A stretch of DNA of 64,000 bases from an uncultured Desulfospira sp. Its GTDB lineage: Bacteria; Desulfobacterota; Desulfobacteria; Desulfobacterales; Desulfobacteraceae. Positions 29,471-38,916 of the stretch are shown here, in pieces. The stretch's first letter is position 1. Each line of letters begins with the position of its first letter. A program made the position numbers and the translations under genes. The notes beneath the pieces were generated by a model that was not told where the DNA came from, did no database searches, and worked only from the letters and a program-made list of their open reading frames with translations. The stretch covers positions 928,001 to 992,000 of the forward strand of contig OY760175.1 in the NCBI GenBank assembly GCA_963663165.1, given 5' to 3'.

Positions 29471-30307
29471 TTAATTGACGATGATGGGCACGGTAACCCC
29501 AAAATACCGGGCCAGGGATGTCAGGTCCCCGTCAACCAGGGCCGCGACCAGGTCAGCGCCGTCCACATCGCCGTCGTCATTGGCATCGCCGGGCACGGGA
29601 ATGTTGGCTATGCCGGTCAGGGATAAGTGGTCGTTTTCATCTTCTATGACAAGGACACCCAGGTTGGGTTCTATATAAAGCGAGAAGGTTGATTCAATTT
29701 GGTACGGGTTAACGGAATAAGTCTGGGTAGTGGTCACCTTCAGGACTTCAAAACTGCCATAGGGCATTGCCAGGGTTTGAACCCCTTCAATATCCACAGA
29801 TGATGAATAGTCTGCTTTTCCAGTTATGGGGTAGACGCCTAGTTTATAATAAAAATCGCCTTGCCCGGTTGCTACCAGGGGGTCAGCATCCGTGTCCATG
29901 GAGGGAAGGGAAATGACTTTTTTATAGGGAGACGCAAATGAAATACTCAAAGACAGGGTTGTTTCATCTCCCGGATATTCTTTTGTGCCGATTTCGTACA
30001 ACCCATCTTCTAAAACTTGGTAATATTCTTTTACCGTCTCCTCTATAGTATCATCATCATTATATGTGACCATGCGAAGCAGTCCCACGTCGACAATATC
30101 ATTGAACTTAACAGGTTCCATGACCTCAACCGTTGTTTTCTTACCGTTCTCGTCCTCATATTGCCATTGGCTGCCCGGCACCTGTAACAGATACAGGTAC
30201 GCCCCCATCTCGATCACCGGCTCTGCCATAGCGGGTGTCTGAACTGAAAGGCAAAGGGATACCCCCATTAGACCGGATATAAAAATAAAACCAATGAAAT
30301 GCTTCAT
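29471..30307 (-). CDS. Secreted acidic protein with C-terminal dockerin/EF-hand-like motif
   Basis: Signal peptide; GGAGG RBS; PGDANDDGDVDGADL. Confidence 0.7.
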   Translation of the reverse strand: MKHFIGFIFISGLMGVSLCLSVQTPAMAEPVIEMGAYLYLLQVPGSQWQYEDENGKKTTVEVMEPVKFNDIVDVGLLRMVTYNDDDTIEETVKEYYQVLEDGLYEIGTKEYPGDETTLSLSISFASPYKKVISLPSMDTDADPLVATGQGDFYYKLGVYPITGKADYSSSVDIEGVQTLAMPYGSFEVLKVTTTQTYSVNPYQIESTFSLYIEPNLGVLVIEDENDHLSLTGIANIPVPGDANDDGDVDGADLVAALVDGDLTSLARYFGVTVPIIVN

Positions 30308-30631
30308 GCTTAACCTCCTGTGGACTGTGCGGTTATGCGGTGTACGCCAGCCCTAACCAATTGATTTTCTGGATTTCTATTTTTCGTGTGCTGCAAAAGA
30401 TATTAAAATGGGAGCCTGCCTGGTGTCAACAAAAGAATGGTCGAAAAAAACGGTTCTGTTTCACAAGGTGCGGCACAATTTTGAACCGCCGGGTTCCGGT
30501 AACGGTCGGGAACGGTCAGGTAACGCAATTTGTGTTATTCGGCTGCCGGTATGGCTCTGTCCTTTGAGGCGGACCATGCTGATTTTACGGGGAAATGCTC
30601 TTTTATGAATTTTTTTCGACAATCAAACCCT

Positions 30632-30648
30632 TTGGCATGATGCATGCA
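30632..30648 (+). promoter_or_regulatory. Sigma54 promoter for the DUF1638 gene
   Basis: TTGGCATGATGCATGCA (GG-N10-GC); GGTAACG boxes at 30498-30525. Confidence 0.7.
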
Positions 30649-30789
30649 TTATAAATTTACAGTTATGCAGAAACCTTACCTCCATAATTTTCTGTTTAAC
30701 CACCTCACCACCGTCCGGGGCAGCTTAATACCGCCAGTGGCTGCCCCGGACTTCACCCACAAACGTTCAAGCCTTAAAAGGAAAAATCA

Positions 30790-31446
30790 ATGGAAAATGT
30801 AAGTTTTAAAGATTGCGCCATTGTCGCCTGCGGCACCATGAGCCTTGAGCTCAATCATCTCAAGGGGGAAGGGTTTCTCGATACCGATCATCTGTTTTAC
30901 ACCACCCCCGGGCTTCATCAGGATATTGTTAAACTGGAATCCCAGCTGGTCAAAATGATTGAAAAGGCCAGGACAAAAGCCGGTAAGGTCATTGTGGTGT
31001 ACGGGGGAAAGTACTGCTATGTAAACCCGGACCAGCCCACAAGACTGATGAAACACCTGGTGGAAGATCAGGGCAAGGGCATAAGTCGCGTTGATGCGAC
31101 CCATTGCATGGGCATGCTGGCCAGTGACGATGACATGAAAAAAATAGCGGAAGAAATGGCCGGCGGCGAGCCGGTCTGGTTTATGACCCCCGGCTGGGTA
31201 AAATACCGGCACGAAGTGTTCAAGGGATGGGACAAGGGGGTGGCCAACGAGAACTTCCCCCGGCATACCGGCGGCGCCATTGTCCTGGACGGCATCGGGT
31301 TTATGGACCAGTACATGGCCGAAAAGCCTGAAGAATTTCTTGAGTACTGTGACTGGATGGGAATTCCCATGCAGGCCTGCCCCATTACCCTGGACCGGTT
31401 CAAGGGGCTTTTGACGGATGCGCTGTTAAAGACGGGTCAGCCATAA
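30790..31446 (+). CDS. DUF1638 domain protein
   Basis: IVACG, PGLH, VVYG..C, HCMGML, FMTPGW. Confidence 0.8.
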   Translation: MENVSFKDCAIVACGTMSLELNHLKGEGFLDTDHLFYTTPGLHQDIVKLESQLVKMIEKARTKAGKVIVVYGGKYCYVNPDQPTRLMKHLVEDQGKGISRVDATHCMGMLASDDDMKKIAEEMAGGEPVWFMTPGWVKYRHEVFKGWDKGVANENFPRHTGGAIVLDGIGFMDQYMAEKPEEFLEYCDWMGIPMQACPITLDRFKGLLTDALLKTGQP

Positions 31447-31551
31447 CGGCCCCTATCCTGTTGGCAGAAACCGGGCGGCCCTGGTTGTTCAAACCAAAGG
31501 CTGCCCTCAAAAAACCTGGCAGCCTTCAGTCTAAACCCCTTCAGCCTTTTT

Positions 31552-32265
31552 TTAGAAATAATGGGGCATGTAATCGATATCAGCCTGGTCAAATTCCTTG
31601 AACAGAAGTTTGAGCCGCTCATTGGCCGTATGGACGGCCAATGGTTTTTCATCGCTTTCCCGGGCCGTGGGATAGCAGGACAGGCAACGCTGGAACCGGC
31701 TGTTCTGCCCAAGGGCCGCAATGGTAAAGTCGGCCATCAGAAAAGTCTGTTCATTCTTTTTGGCGGCAAAATGCTCTACTGCAGGGATGATCTCCAAGCT
31801 TACGTCAATATGGACCTTATGGCCCTCTTTGGCAATATGGATATAGTCATGGATGGTCAACATCCCGCCTGTAAAAGGGTCCCGGCCAAGATCAATCTCA
31901 TCGTATTTCACCATCATTTTTTCTAAGCTGAACGAGGTGTCCGGCATTTGAATTCCCGTGTCGGCCAGCCGCTTGAAATCCCGTTTCAGATACCGGTTGG
32001 CAATCATCACGGCCTGGGAAACATGGGGACACAGGTTGTGGGGACACCCCTTTGCGTAGCATTTCCTGAAGGCATATGCCCGGCTGCCGCAAGTTCCGGA
32101 ATAATGGCACAAAAAGACAAAGGCCTGGAACGTAACATCGGCCTGGGCAAAATTGACGGGCACGATCTCAAAACCGGTCCGGCAGGTAACCGTTTCCCCC
32201 TGGTTTTTCAGTTGGATCAGATCGGTCACCCGGTTCGGTGCCGGGCTGCTGATTGCGGTTTCCAT
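31552..32265 (-). CDS. Cys-rich hypothetical protein, last gene of the Hdr-like operon
   Basis: 237 aa; RKCYAKGCPHNLCPHV and RCLSC; co-oriented with the operon. Confidence 0.7.
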   Translation of the reverse strand: METAISSPAPNRVTDLIQLKNQGETVTCRTGFEIVPVNFAQADVTFQAFVFLCHYSGTCGSRAYAFRKCYAKGCPHNLCPHVSQAVMIANRYLKRDFKRLADTGIQMPDTSFSLEKMMVKYDEIDLGRDPFTGGMLTIHDYIHIAKEGHKVHIDVSLEIIPAVEHFAAKKNEQTFLMADFTIAALGQNSRFQRCLSCYPTARESDEKPLAVHTANERLKLLFKEFDQADIDYMPHYF

Positions 32266-32285
32266 TTTTCCCCCTTTATCAAGGC

Positions 32286-32651
32286 TTAATAAACCAGTTG
32301 GGCGTCGGCTTCCAGGGCAAGCATGTTCAAGGCCCCGCCGGTGGTGACCTCTGTGCCGTCAATGAGATCTGATTCCTCAATTTTCCGGTCCTGGATACAG
32401 GGCTTGCACACCATGAGCTTTCCGCCAAGCTCCATAAAATCTGCCATGAGTTTGGTCAGAGGCGCAAAACCGCCCGTGGCCGGGACATGCTCAATATACC
32501 CTTTCTGAGCCAGGTAAACGGCGCTGCCCTGGAGGGCAACTGTGGTATCCACATCAAGGGCAATGGCGGCACAGGCCATGGCAAAACAGATGGACGCCTT
32601 TTCCGCATCATCTCCGCCATGGGTACAAAAGTAGACGATTTTTTCAGACAT
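32286..32651 (-). CDS. DsrE/DsrF-like sulfur relay protein
   Basis: THGGDDAEKA, GSAVYLA, VCKPC. Confidence 0.82.
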   Translation of the reverse strand: MSEKIVYFCTHGGDDAEKASICFAMACAAIALDVDTTVALQGSAVYLAQKGYIEHVPATGGFAPLTKLMADFMELGGKLMVCKPCIQDRKIEESDLIDGTEVTTGGALNMLALEADAQLVY

Positions 32652-32768
32652 GATTTTCTCCTTTAGATTTGTTTAGGGGTTTAGGCTGAAGGGGTTTAGA
32701 CTGAAGGAAATCGATCGCCTTTCGAGCAGCGAGACCTAACCGTCTTCAGCCTTCAGCCTATCCACCTT

Positions 32769-33695
32769 TTAAATATGTTCTACCAATAAGCTGCTCAGAT
32801 CCCGCACATCAGCCCCGGCCTTTTTAAGGTTCCCCATACAGATGGGGCACATGGCAATGATGGGCTTGCCGGGTTCTGAAAGCTCCCCTGCCCGTTTTTC
32901 CATGATCTGGCTGGAAAGCTTGGGGGAAATGGATTCGGCAGGCCCGCCGCAGCAGCTGGTGAAGTCCCGGGAATTCCGGATCCGGGTTTCCCGGATTCCC
33001 AAGCCTGCCAGCACTTTTCTGGGGATATCGGATACGCCCAGATACCGGCCGAAAAAACAAGGGTCATGCAGGGTAACCTCAAGGCCGGCATTTTTGGATT
33101 CAAGATTCAGCAGTTCAAAATAGGGAACCACCTCAAATTGAGCCCCGGTATATTTGGGAAAAAGTTCTTTTAAGGCATAGGTGGTATGGGGATCAATGGT
33201 AATAATTTTTTTGATTCCAGCCTGTTGCAGCTTTTTGGCAACTTTCCTGGCATGGGCCACAAACCCTTTCTGGTCGCCCATGTCATAAAGCAGAATCCCT
33301 GAATAATGGTCCAGATCCGGCCGGTAGCCAAAATCCACCCCGGATTGCCTGAGCAGGCGAACCACATTTTTCAAAGGAATGCCGGCCTTTGCCTTTTCCT
33401 TTGCCCGGGTCATGAGGGCCAGGCCGATTCCTGAAAAAGTGCCGGGAACATACCGGGCATATTTGAGATAATCTGCCGTCGGGGTGTCCTCATAGGTCGC
33501 AAGATACCGGGTGGATGTCTCAATATACGGGATAAACTGGTACATCAGGCCGGTATACAAAAGGTATTTCCCGTCATGGGGAAGATTTTGAGTTTTATAC
33601 CAGGTATTGACCATGAACTTAGGGATTCCAAAAGGGCTCATGGTCTGCCTTACGTTCCGGGCAAGGACCTCAATGATATCTATAGGATTGAACAT
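32769..33695 (-). CDS. CCG-domain Fe-S protein (HdrB/HdrD-like)
   Basis: HDPC, SCCGG, MCPIC. Confidence 0.8.
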   Translation of the reverse strand: MFNPIDIIEVLARNVRQTMSPFGIPKFMVNTWYKTQNLPHDGKYLLYTGLMYQFIPYIETSTRYLATYEDTPTADYLKYARYVPGTFSGIGLALMTRAKEKAKAGIPLKNVVRLLRQSGVDFGYRPDLDHYSGILLYDMGDQKGFVAHARKVAKKLQQAGIKKIITIDPHTTYALKELFPKYTGAQFEVVPYFELLNLESKNAGLEVTLHDPCFFGRYLGVSDIPRKVLAGLGIRETRIRNSRDFTSCCGGPAESISPKLSSQIMEKRAGELSEPGKPIIAMCPICMGNLKKAGADVRDLSSLLVEHI

Positions 33696-33699
33696 GATG

Positions 33700-34002
33700 T
33701 CAGGACCTCCTCTGGTAATCCACAACAAAGCGTTTGAGTCCCAGGATAATCTCGCCGGGATCGGCCTGTCTCGGACAGGTATGGGTACAAAGCCCGCAGT
33801 GCAGGCACTTCCACAGTTCATTGGCGTTTTCTAAAATGGCCTGCTTTGCCCCGATCTGGATGTACCGGATCATTCGCCTGGGAAAATTGTCGTTGACCAG
33901 GGGGCATACGGCGGCGCAGGTGCCGCAGTTAAAACATTCAAGCGCCGTATCCTGGCAATAGGGGGCCAATTCTTGGGCAAAATCCAAATCAACACTTGTC
34001 AT
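33700..34002 (-). CDS. HdrC-like 2x[4Fe-4S] protein
   Basis: CFNCGTCAAVCP; FPRRMIR; CLHCGLCTHTCP. Confidence 0.88.
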   Translation of the reverse strand: MTSVDLDFAQELAPYCQDTALECFNCGTCAAVCPLVNDNFPRRMIRYIQIGAKQAILENANELWKCLHCGLCTHTCPRQADPGEIILGLKRFVVDYQRRS

Positions 34003-34003
34003 G

Positions 34004-34339
34004 TCACACCTTCTCTTTTTCCCGGGGTTGATTATTGCCCCCGGACCCATGGGTTGTATTTAATTTGTATTTAAAAAATGATCCGTCCTTGGGCCCTTCC
34101 ACAATCTGTCCATACTTTTTAAGGGTGGCCATGTACCACAGGGTCCGGTCCGTGGGCATCCGGACCCCTTGTGAAATCTCAGGGATCGTGGCGTCACCAT
34201 TTTCAAGAAACGCCAGGATGTCCCCCATCTGTTTTTTTTGCTGCTTCATTTTGGCGGAGGCCTTCTTGATGGACTCCTTTCGCCGGGCCCTTAAGGCTTT
34301 CATGGCCTCTTTTCGGGTCTCTTTGTCTTGCTGTTCCAT
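34004..34339 (-). CDS. Small winged-helix protein
   Basis: ATIPEISQGVRM..RTLWYMATLKKYGQI. Confidence 0.7.
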   Translation of the reverse strand: MEQQDKETRKEAMKALRARRKESIKKASAKMKQQKKQMGDILAFLENGDATIPEISQGVRMPTDRTLWYMATLKKYGQIVEGPKDGSFFKYKLNTTHGSGGNNQPREKEKV

Positions 34340-34387
34340 GATATGGTTCTCCCCCTGATTTATTTTTGGGATAGCGGTGAGGCTGCC

Positions 34388-36163
34388 TTAAGCGGCTGAG
34401 ACGATGGCATCCACCATTTTTTCGTATTGTTCCAGCGCCCATCCGTTCAGATCAATGGCCTTTTCCGGACAGACCGCCACACAGGCCCCGCATCCTAAGC
34501 ACATGGCCGCGGTGACCTGAGCCTGCTTCACGGTTTGGCCCTGCCGCTGAACCTCAACCAGGTTCAGGGCACCTTCCTTGATGCAGGCATCCACGCAAGC
34601 CCCATGGCCCTGGCATTTGTCCGGATCGACCTCGGCCACAAAGGGATCCAGTTCAATCACGGCTTTGCCCAGCAGGGCACAGGCTTTGGCGGCGGCCGCG
34701 CCGGCAGCATTGCAGGCTTCGCCCGAATCCATGGGGGCCTGGCAGGTGCCGGCCAGGAACACGCCGGAAACCGGAAATTCCACGGGCCTGAGTTTGGGAT
34801 GGACTTCGAGCAGGAACCGGTCGGTCCCCACGGGCAGTTTCATGATTGAGGCCAAATTGCCAACATCGCTTGGCTCAACCCCTGCGGCCAGGACCACCAG
34901 GTCGGCCGGGACGACCATCTCCTCATTAAAGGTCAGGGAATCCGTGACCTTCACGGTCAGGGGATAAGCAGATCCGGCCGATTTTTCAACCTGGGGCGGG
35001 GCATCGGCCTCATACCGCATGAACACCACCTTGTTGGCGCTGGCCCGGTTGTAAAGGTCTTCCTGGCCCCGGCCATAAGTTCTGATATCCCGAAACATTT
35101 CATATATCTGTGTTTGGGGATAGGATTCGCGAATCTGGTTGGCCGCATTGAGCATGGCAGCGCAGCAGGTCCTTGAGCAGTACTCGTTGAGCTGCCCGTT
35201 CTCTTTGGGCTGGTGAATTCCGGGAATCTGCCGGGAGCCCACACAGTGGATCATGGCAATATTCCGGACGGGCCGCCCTTCAAATTCAAACCGGTTTCCA
35301 CCCGGGGCGCCCTGTTTGAGGGCCTCAATCAGGGTCTGGAGGGTGATGACCTGCCGGTGGGTGCCAAAACCGAACTCCCCTTCAAAGGGCTGGTAAGGCA
35401 CGGATCCCGTTGCCATGACAATGGCCCCGGTGTCGATCTTAAATGATCCGTCTTTCCCCGTAACATCCAGGGTGAAATTGCCGACATAGCCTTGGACATC
35501 CGTGACTTCACTGCCCGTGTGTACGGTAATGGCAGGCTCTGCCGTTACCTGGGCGAGCAGTTCATTGAGGATATCCGATGCCTTTTCCCCGAACGGGGCC
35601 AGCCGGCCTAAATTATTCAGGTGTCCGCCCAAGGTTTGGGTTTTTTCGATCAGTGCCGTTTCAATCCCGTTTTGGGCCATATCCAGGGCGGTCTTGAGCC
35701 CGGCAATGCCGCCGCCGATGACCACGGCATGTTTTTTCGCATCCACCCGGATGGGCTCCAGGGGTTTAAGTTTTCCGGCCTTGGCTGCGGCCGCTGAAAT
35801 CAGCACCGCGGCCTTGTCCGTAGCCGGATCACCGTGATGGACCCAGGAGACCTGCTCACGGATGTTGGCATGCTCATAAACAAACGGATTGGCCCCGGCC
35901 CGTTCAATGGCCCCCCTGAAGGTGGCCTCATGAAGGCTCGGGGCACAGGACGCCACCACTACCGAATCGATTTTCCCGGCTTTAAGATCCTCGATGATCA
36001 TTTCCTGGCCGGGATCAGAACACATGAACATATTGGTCCTGGCCACGGCCACGCCCGGTATTTTTTCAGCCCGGTTTCTGACCTCTTCCACGTCCACGTG
36101 GTCGGAGATGTTCCCCCCGCAGTAGCAGATATAGACCCCGACTTTTTGATCGTTTTCTTTCAT
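34388..36163 (-). CDS. hdrA: HdrA-like FAD/Fe-S protein (long copy)
   Basis: VYICYCGGNI, ASCAP..HE, ANIREQ, GGGIAG, CVGSR, CSRTCC, C-terminal ferredoxin. Confidence 0.88.
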   Translation of the reverse strand: MKENDQKVGVYICYCGGNISDHVDVEEVRNRAEKIPGVAVARTNMFMCSDPGQEMIIEDLKAGKIDSVVVASCAPSLHEATFRGAIERAGANPFVYEHANIREQVSWVHHGDPATDKAAVLISAAAAKAGKLKPLEPIRVDAKKHAVVIGGGIAGLKTALDMAQNGIETALIEKTQTLGGHLNNLGRLAPFGEKASDILNELLAQVTAEPAITVHTGSEVTDVQGYVGNFTLDVTGKDGSFKIDTGAIVMATGSVPYQPFEGEFGFGTHRQVITLQTLIEALKQGAPGGNRFEFEGRPVRNIAMIHCVGSRQIPGIHQPKENGQLNEYCSRTCCAAMLNAANQIRESYPQTQIYEMFRDIRTYGRGQEDLYNRASANKVVFMRYEADAPPQVEKSAGSAYPLTVKVTDSLTFNEEMVVPADLVVLAAGVEPSDVGNLASIMKLPVGTDRFLLEVHPKLRPVEFPVSGVFLAGTCQAPMDSGEACNAAGAAAAKACALLGKAVIELDPFVAEVDPDKCQGHGACVDACIKEGALNLVEVQRQGQTVKQAQVTAAMCLGCGACVAVCPEKAIDLNGWALEQYEKMVDAIVSAA

Positions 36164-36164
36164 A

Positions 36165-37454
36165 TCAGATTCTCCCGTTGGCGTTGGACATGAATTTGGC
36201 GGCTTCCATGGCGGCCGAGCCTGACTCGGTGATGGTATCCACAATGTCCTTGGGGCCGGCGGCGGCCCCGGTGGTAAACACCCCTGCCATATCCGTTAAT
36301 ACCGGAGAAATTTTAGGCTTGATGGAGGTGATGAAGTGATCCGTATCCGTTGAAACCGGACAGATGCCGGCCGGATCCCATCCGGGCACCATGCCCATGG
36401 AAAGGATGACCAGATCGTGGCTGGCCGTGTCAATGCCCGAACCGTCCTGGCGCTCGTACCGGACCGCTACGCTCCCATTTTCCCCGGGATCAATCCGGCC
36501 GACCTTGGCCTTAACAAATTCAATGCCCATGGCCTTGGCATTCTGGTAAAACTGTTCATAGCCTTTGCCAAAGGCCCGGATATCCATATAGTAAATGGTA
36601 ATATCCGCCAGGGGCAAAGAACCGGAAAGCAGCATGGCCTGCTTGATGGCATACATGCAGCAAACCCTTGAACAATAGGGAACCCCCATTTGTTTATCCC
36701 GGGAGCCCGCACACTGGACATAGGCTACCGAGTCGGGTTCCATGCCGTCTGAAGGCCGCAGCACCCGGTTGTAGGGGCCGTGAGGGGCCAGAAGCCGCTC
36801 CATCTGAAGGGAGTCAATGACATTGGGAATAAGGCCGTTCCCATAGGGAGCATTCTGTTCCTTGGGCAGCAGCTCAAACCCGGTGCTTATGACCGCCGTT
36901 CTGGCCTCAATGAGAAAATCTTCGCCCTCCTGGAGATAGTCAATGGCCTTTGTGGGACAGATCTTTTCACACTGCCCGCAGAGCATGCAGTGGTCCGGGG
37001 AAAGGACCGGCAGCTGGGGAATGGCATTGGAAAAGGGGATGGAAATGGCCTTTTTAGCGCTCAATCCCCCCTGTTCTTCGTCAGGGATATAAACCGGACA
37101 GACGTATTCGCATTTCCGGCAGCCGATGCACTTGTCCTCGTCCACATACCTGGGGTTCCGGCGAACCTTGGCCTTTACACCGGATTCGTCCCGGGTAAGG
37201 GAGGACAGGTCACAATAGGTAAACAGGGTAATATTTTCATGATGGGCGGCAGATGACATCTTCGGGGTGGTAATGCAACTGGCACAGTCCAGGGTGGGAA
37301 ACACCTTGGACAGGCGGATCATCTTGCCGCCGATGGACGCGTCTTTTTCCACAACAGCGACCTTGTATCCCTGATCGCCAAGGTCCAGGGCGGTTTGAAG
37401 CCCTGCGATGCCTGCGCCCACCACAAGGGTGTCAAATGATTGAATGGGGAGCAT
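36165..37454 (-). CDS. hdrA: HdrA-like FAD/Fe-S protein (short copy)
   Basis: GAGIAG, KVFPTLDCASC, ferredoxin insert, CAGSRD, CSRVCC, GPKDI. Confidence 0.88.
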   Translation of the reverse strand: MLPIQSFDTLVVGAGIAGLQTALDLGDQGYKVAVVEKDASIGGKMIRLSKVFPTLDCASCITTPKMSSAAHHENITLFTYCDLSSLTRDESGVKAKVRRNPRYVDEDKCIGCRKCEYVCPVYIPDEEQGGLSAKKAISIPFSNAIPQLPVLSPDHCMLCGQCEKICPTKAIDYLQEGEDFLIEARTAVISTGFELLPKEQNAPYGNGLIPNVIDSLQMERLLAPHGPYNRVLRPSDGMEPDSVAYVQCAGSRDKQMGVPYCSRVCCMYAIKQAMLLSGSLPLADITIYYMDIRAFGKGYEQFYQNAKAMGIEFVKAKVGRIDPGENGSVAVRYERQDGSGIDTASHDLVILSMGMVPGWDPAGICPVSTDTDHFITSIKPKISPVLTDMAGVFTTGAAAGPKDIVDTITESGSAAMEAAKFMSNANGRI

Positions 37455-37495
37455 GGTTCCTCCTAGTAGATGGCTTGGCCGGTTTTCCGGCCGGG

Positions 37496-37915
37496 TCAGC
37501 ATGAAAGCTGCGGCGGCCCCAGCTCACTGACCAGCTGGTTCATCTGATTAATTTCATTTAAAAACGCCCGGTTGCAGACCGTGCAGATGGCGGTCAGGCG
37601 CAGCCGTTTCAAATCCAGGTTAAGGGCCTTCATCTTCTGATAGACCGAGTTGAGCCGGGTGGCCATGGCCTTGTAGGCCCCGTCATAGGGGCACTCTTCG
37701 CCGCAGGACATCACGATAATGCCGCTGATGCCTTTTTTGAAACAGTCAATGTAAAAGGATTCCGGGAACAGGACCGGGGCCCTGACCCTTAAAATGTAGG
37801 TATTTGCCGGATAGGAAGAGTGGGCCTGGCCCACGGAATCCGCGCCCGGATATGCGCAGGTTTCCGTGGCCAGAACCAGGATCTTGTTTGCCGTTGGGGT
37901 CCCTTGGGATGACAT
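37496..37915 (-). CDS. mvhD: MvhD/FlpD-like [2Fe-2S] subunit with atypical Cys pattern
   Basis: CAYPGAD; MSCGEECPY; RLRL..ICTVC. Confidence 0.8.
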   Translation of the reverse strand: MSSQGTPTANKILVLATETCAYPGADSVGQAHSSYPANTYILRVRAPVLFPESFYIDCFKKGISGIIVMSCGEECPYDGAYKAMATRLNSVYQKMKALNLDLKRLRLTAICTVCNRAFLNEINQMNQLVSELGPPQLSC

Positions 37916-37926
37916 GGCGGCCTGCC

Positions 37927-38175
37927 TTATTTCTTCCGGGTGACAAAATGCCGGTCATACCCGTCTGCCTCAAGAAATCCCATGTATTCGTGCCCGACCT
38001 TGCCGGCCCAGGCCGGGATATCGTTCCGGGTTCCTGAATCGTTGGACAGGATTTCCAGGGTCTGGCCCACCTGGACCTTGCCGATCCCTTTTTTGGCTTC
38101 CAGAAGGGGGCCGGGGCAGGCACTGCCTCTGGCGTCAGCTGTGTTGGCCGCTTCAATTGCATTTAGATCTGTCAT
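37927..38175 (-). CDS. tusA: TusA-family sulfur carrier
   Basis: DARGSACPGP (CPxP); DIPAWA..GH. Confidence 0.9.
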   Translation of the reverse strand: MTDLNAIEAANTADARGSACPGPLLEAKKGIGKVQVGQTLEILSNDSGTRNDIPAWAGKVGHEYMGFLEADGYDRHFVTRKK

Positions 38176-38243
38176 GATGATGTTCCTTTCGGTTTGGGTT
38201 AAAAATTCCACCGGGTTAGGGTGATCCGCTGATAACCTGTATG

Positions 38244-38260
38244 AGCAAGGTCAATGCCAA
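38244..38260 (-). promoter_or_regulatory. Sigma54 promoter of the tusA-hdr operon
   Basis: TTGGCATTGACCTTGCT on the minus strand; GGTAAC/GTTACC boxes at 38367-38411. Confidence 0.8.
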
Positions 38261-38606
38261 AAGGATTAAATAAAAAATTTAGTTCTTAAAAAACGACAAA
38301 TTGTTTTAATTTCAAGCGGTTTGTCCGGCTGACAGTCACCGTTGAAGGCTTTGGAGAATGGATTCAGATAACGTTACCCTTGGGAACGGGTAACGGTTTG
38401 GTTGCGTTACCCCCGGTATAAAATTTGAACCGCGCGGGGCCGGACAATACTGTTTGCCAATTCGTACTCAGAGATATAGACTTCTTTCCTCTATCTTTCT
38501 GTGTTAATACAAGCTGTCGCATCCAGGCTCATTTCAGATTCCTGGCCCGGCCCGGCGATATTTGCGTATATGTAAAATATTTTCAATATTTAGTAAATTA
38601 TTTTAA

Positions 38607-38635
38607 TTGACAGGCATTATCTAACCCGATAGGTT
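38607..38635 (+). promoter_or_regulatory. Sigma70-type promoter for the corrinoid cluster
   Basis: TTGACA-17 bp-TAGGTT. Confidence 0.55.
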
Positions 38636-38641
38636 GGTCCG

Positions 38642-38756
38642 AAATAGGACTTTTTTGCTAAAAATAGGACTTTTTTGCTAAAACCTGCTTACTATTTATT
38701 TTCTTTGTGAATTGTTTTGAACGACCTGTTTTGAACGACCTGTTTTGAACGACCTG
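38642..38756. repeat. Two perfect tandem repeats in the leader (20 bp x2 and 14 bp x3)
   Basis: AAATAGGACTTTTTTGCTAA x2 (38642-38681); TGTTTTGAACGACC x3 (38713-38754). Confidence 0.92.
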
Positions 38757-38916
38757 GGGGGCTTTTCTATGGGGAGTTGGGAACCTGGCGGCGATATTAA
38801 ATGAGCGGACGGTGAATTCACACAGGTATCACCCGTTTGCAAGGCCCCCCGGCCGCATGCCAGCCAAGAGGCCTTTGATATAAGCGTTTTACACACCAAA
38901 TAAGAGGAGATGGGCA

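Noticed and set aside
34388..37454. QmoAB of the sulfate-reduction pathway
   Set aside because: No aprAB or qmoC adjacent; MvhD is a separate gene; both proteins carry HdrA-type Fe-S motifs
38760..38900. Cobalamin riboswitch upstream of the corrinoid gene
   Set aside because: I could not find the B12-box motifs (GCCACTG, GGGAAG) in the expected arrangement; an Rfam/Infernal scan would be decisive
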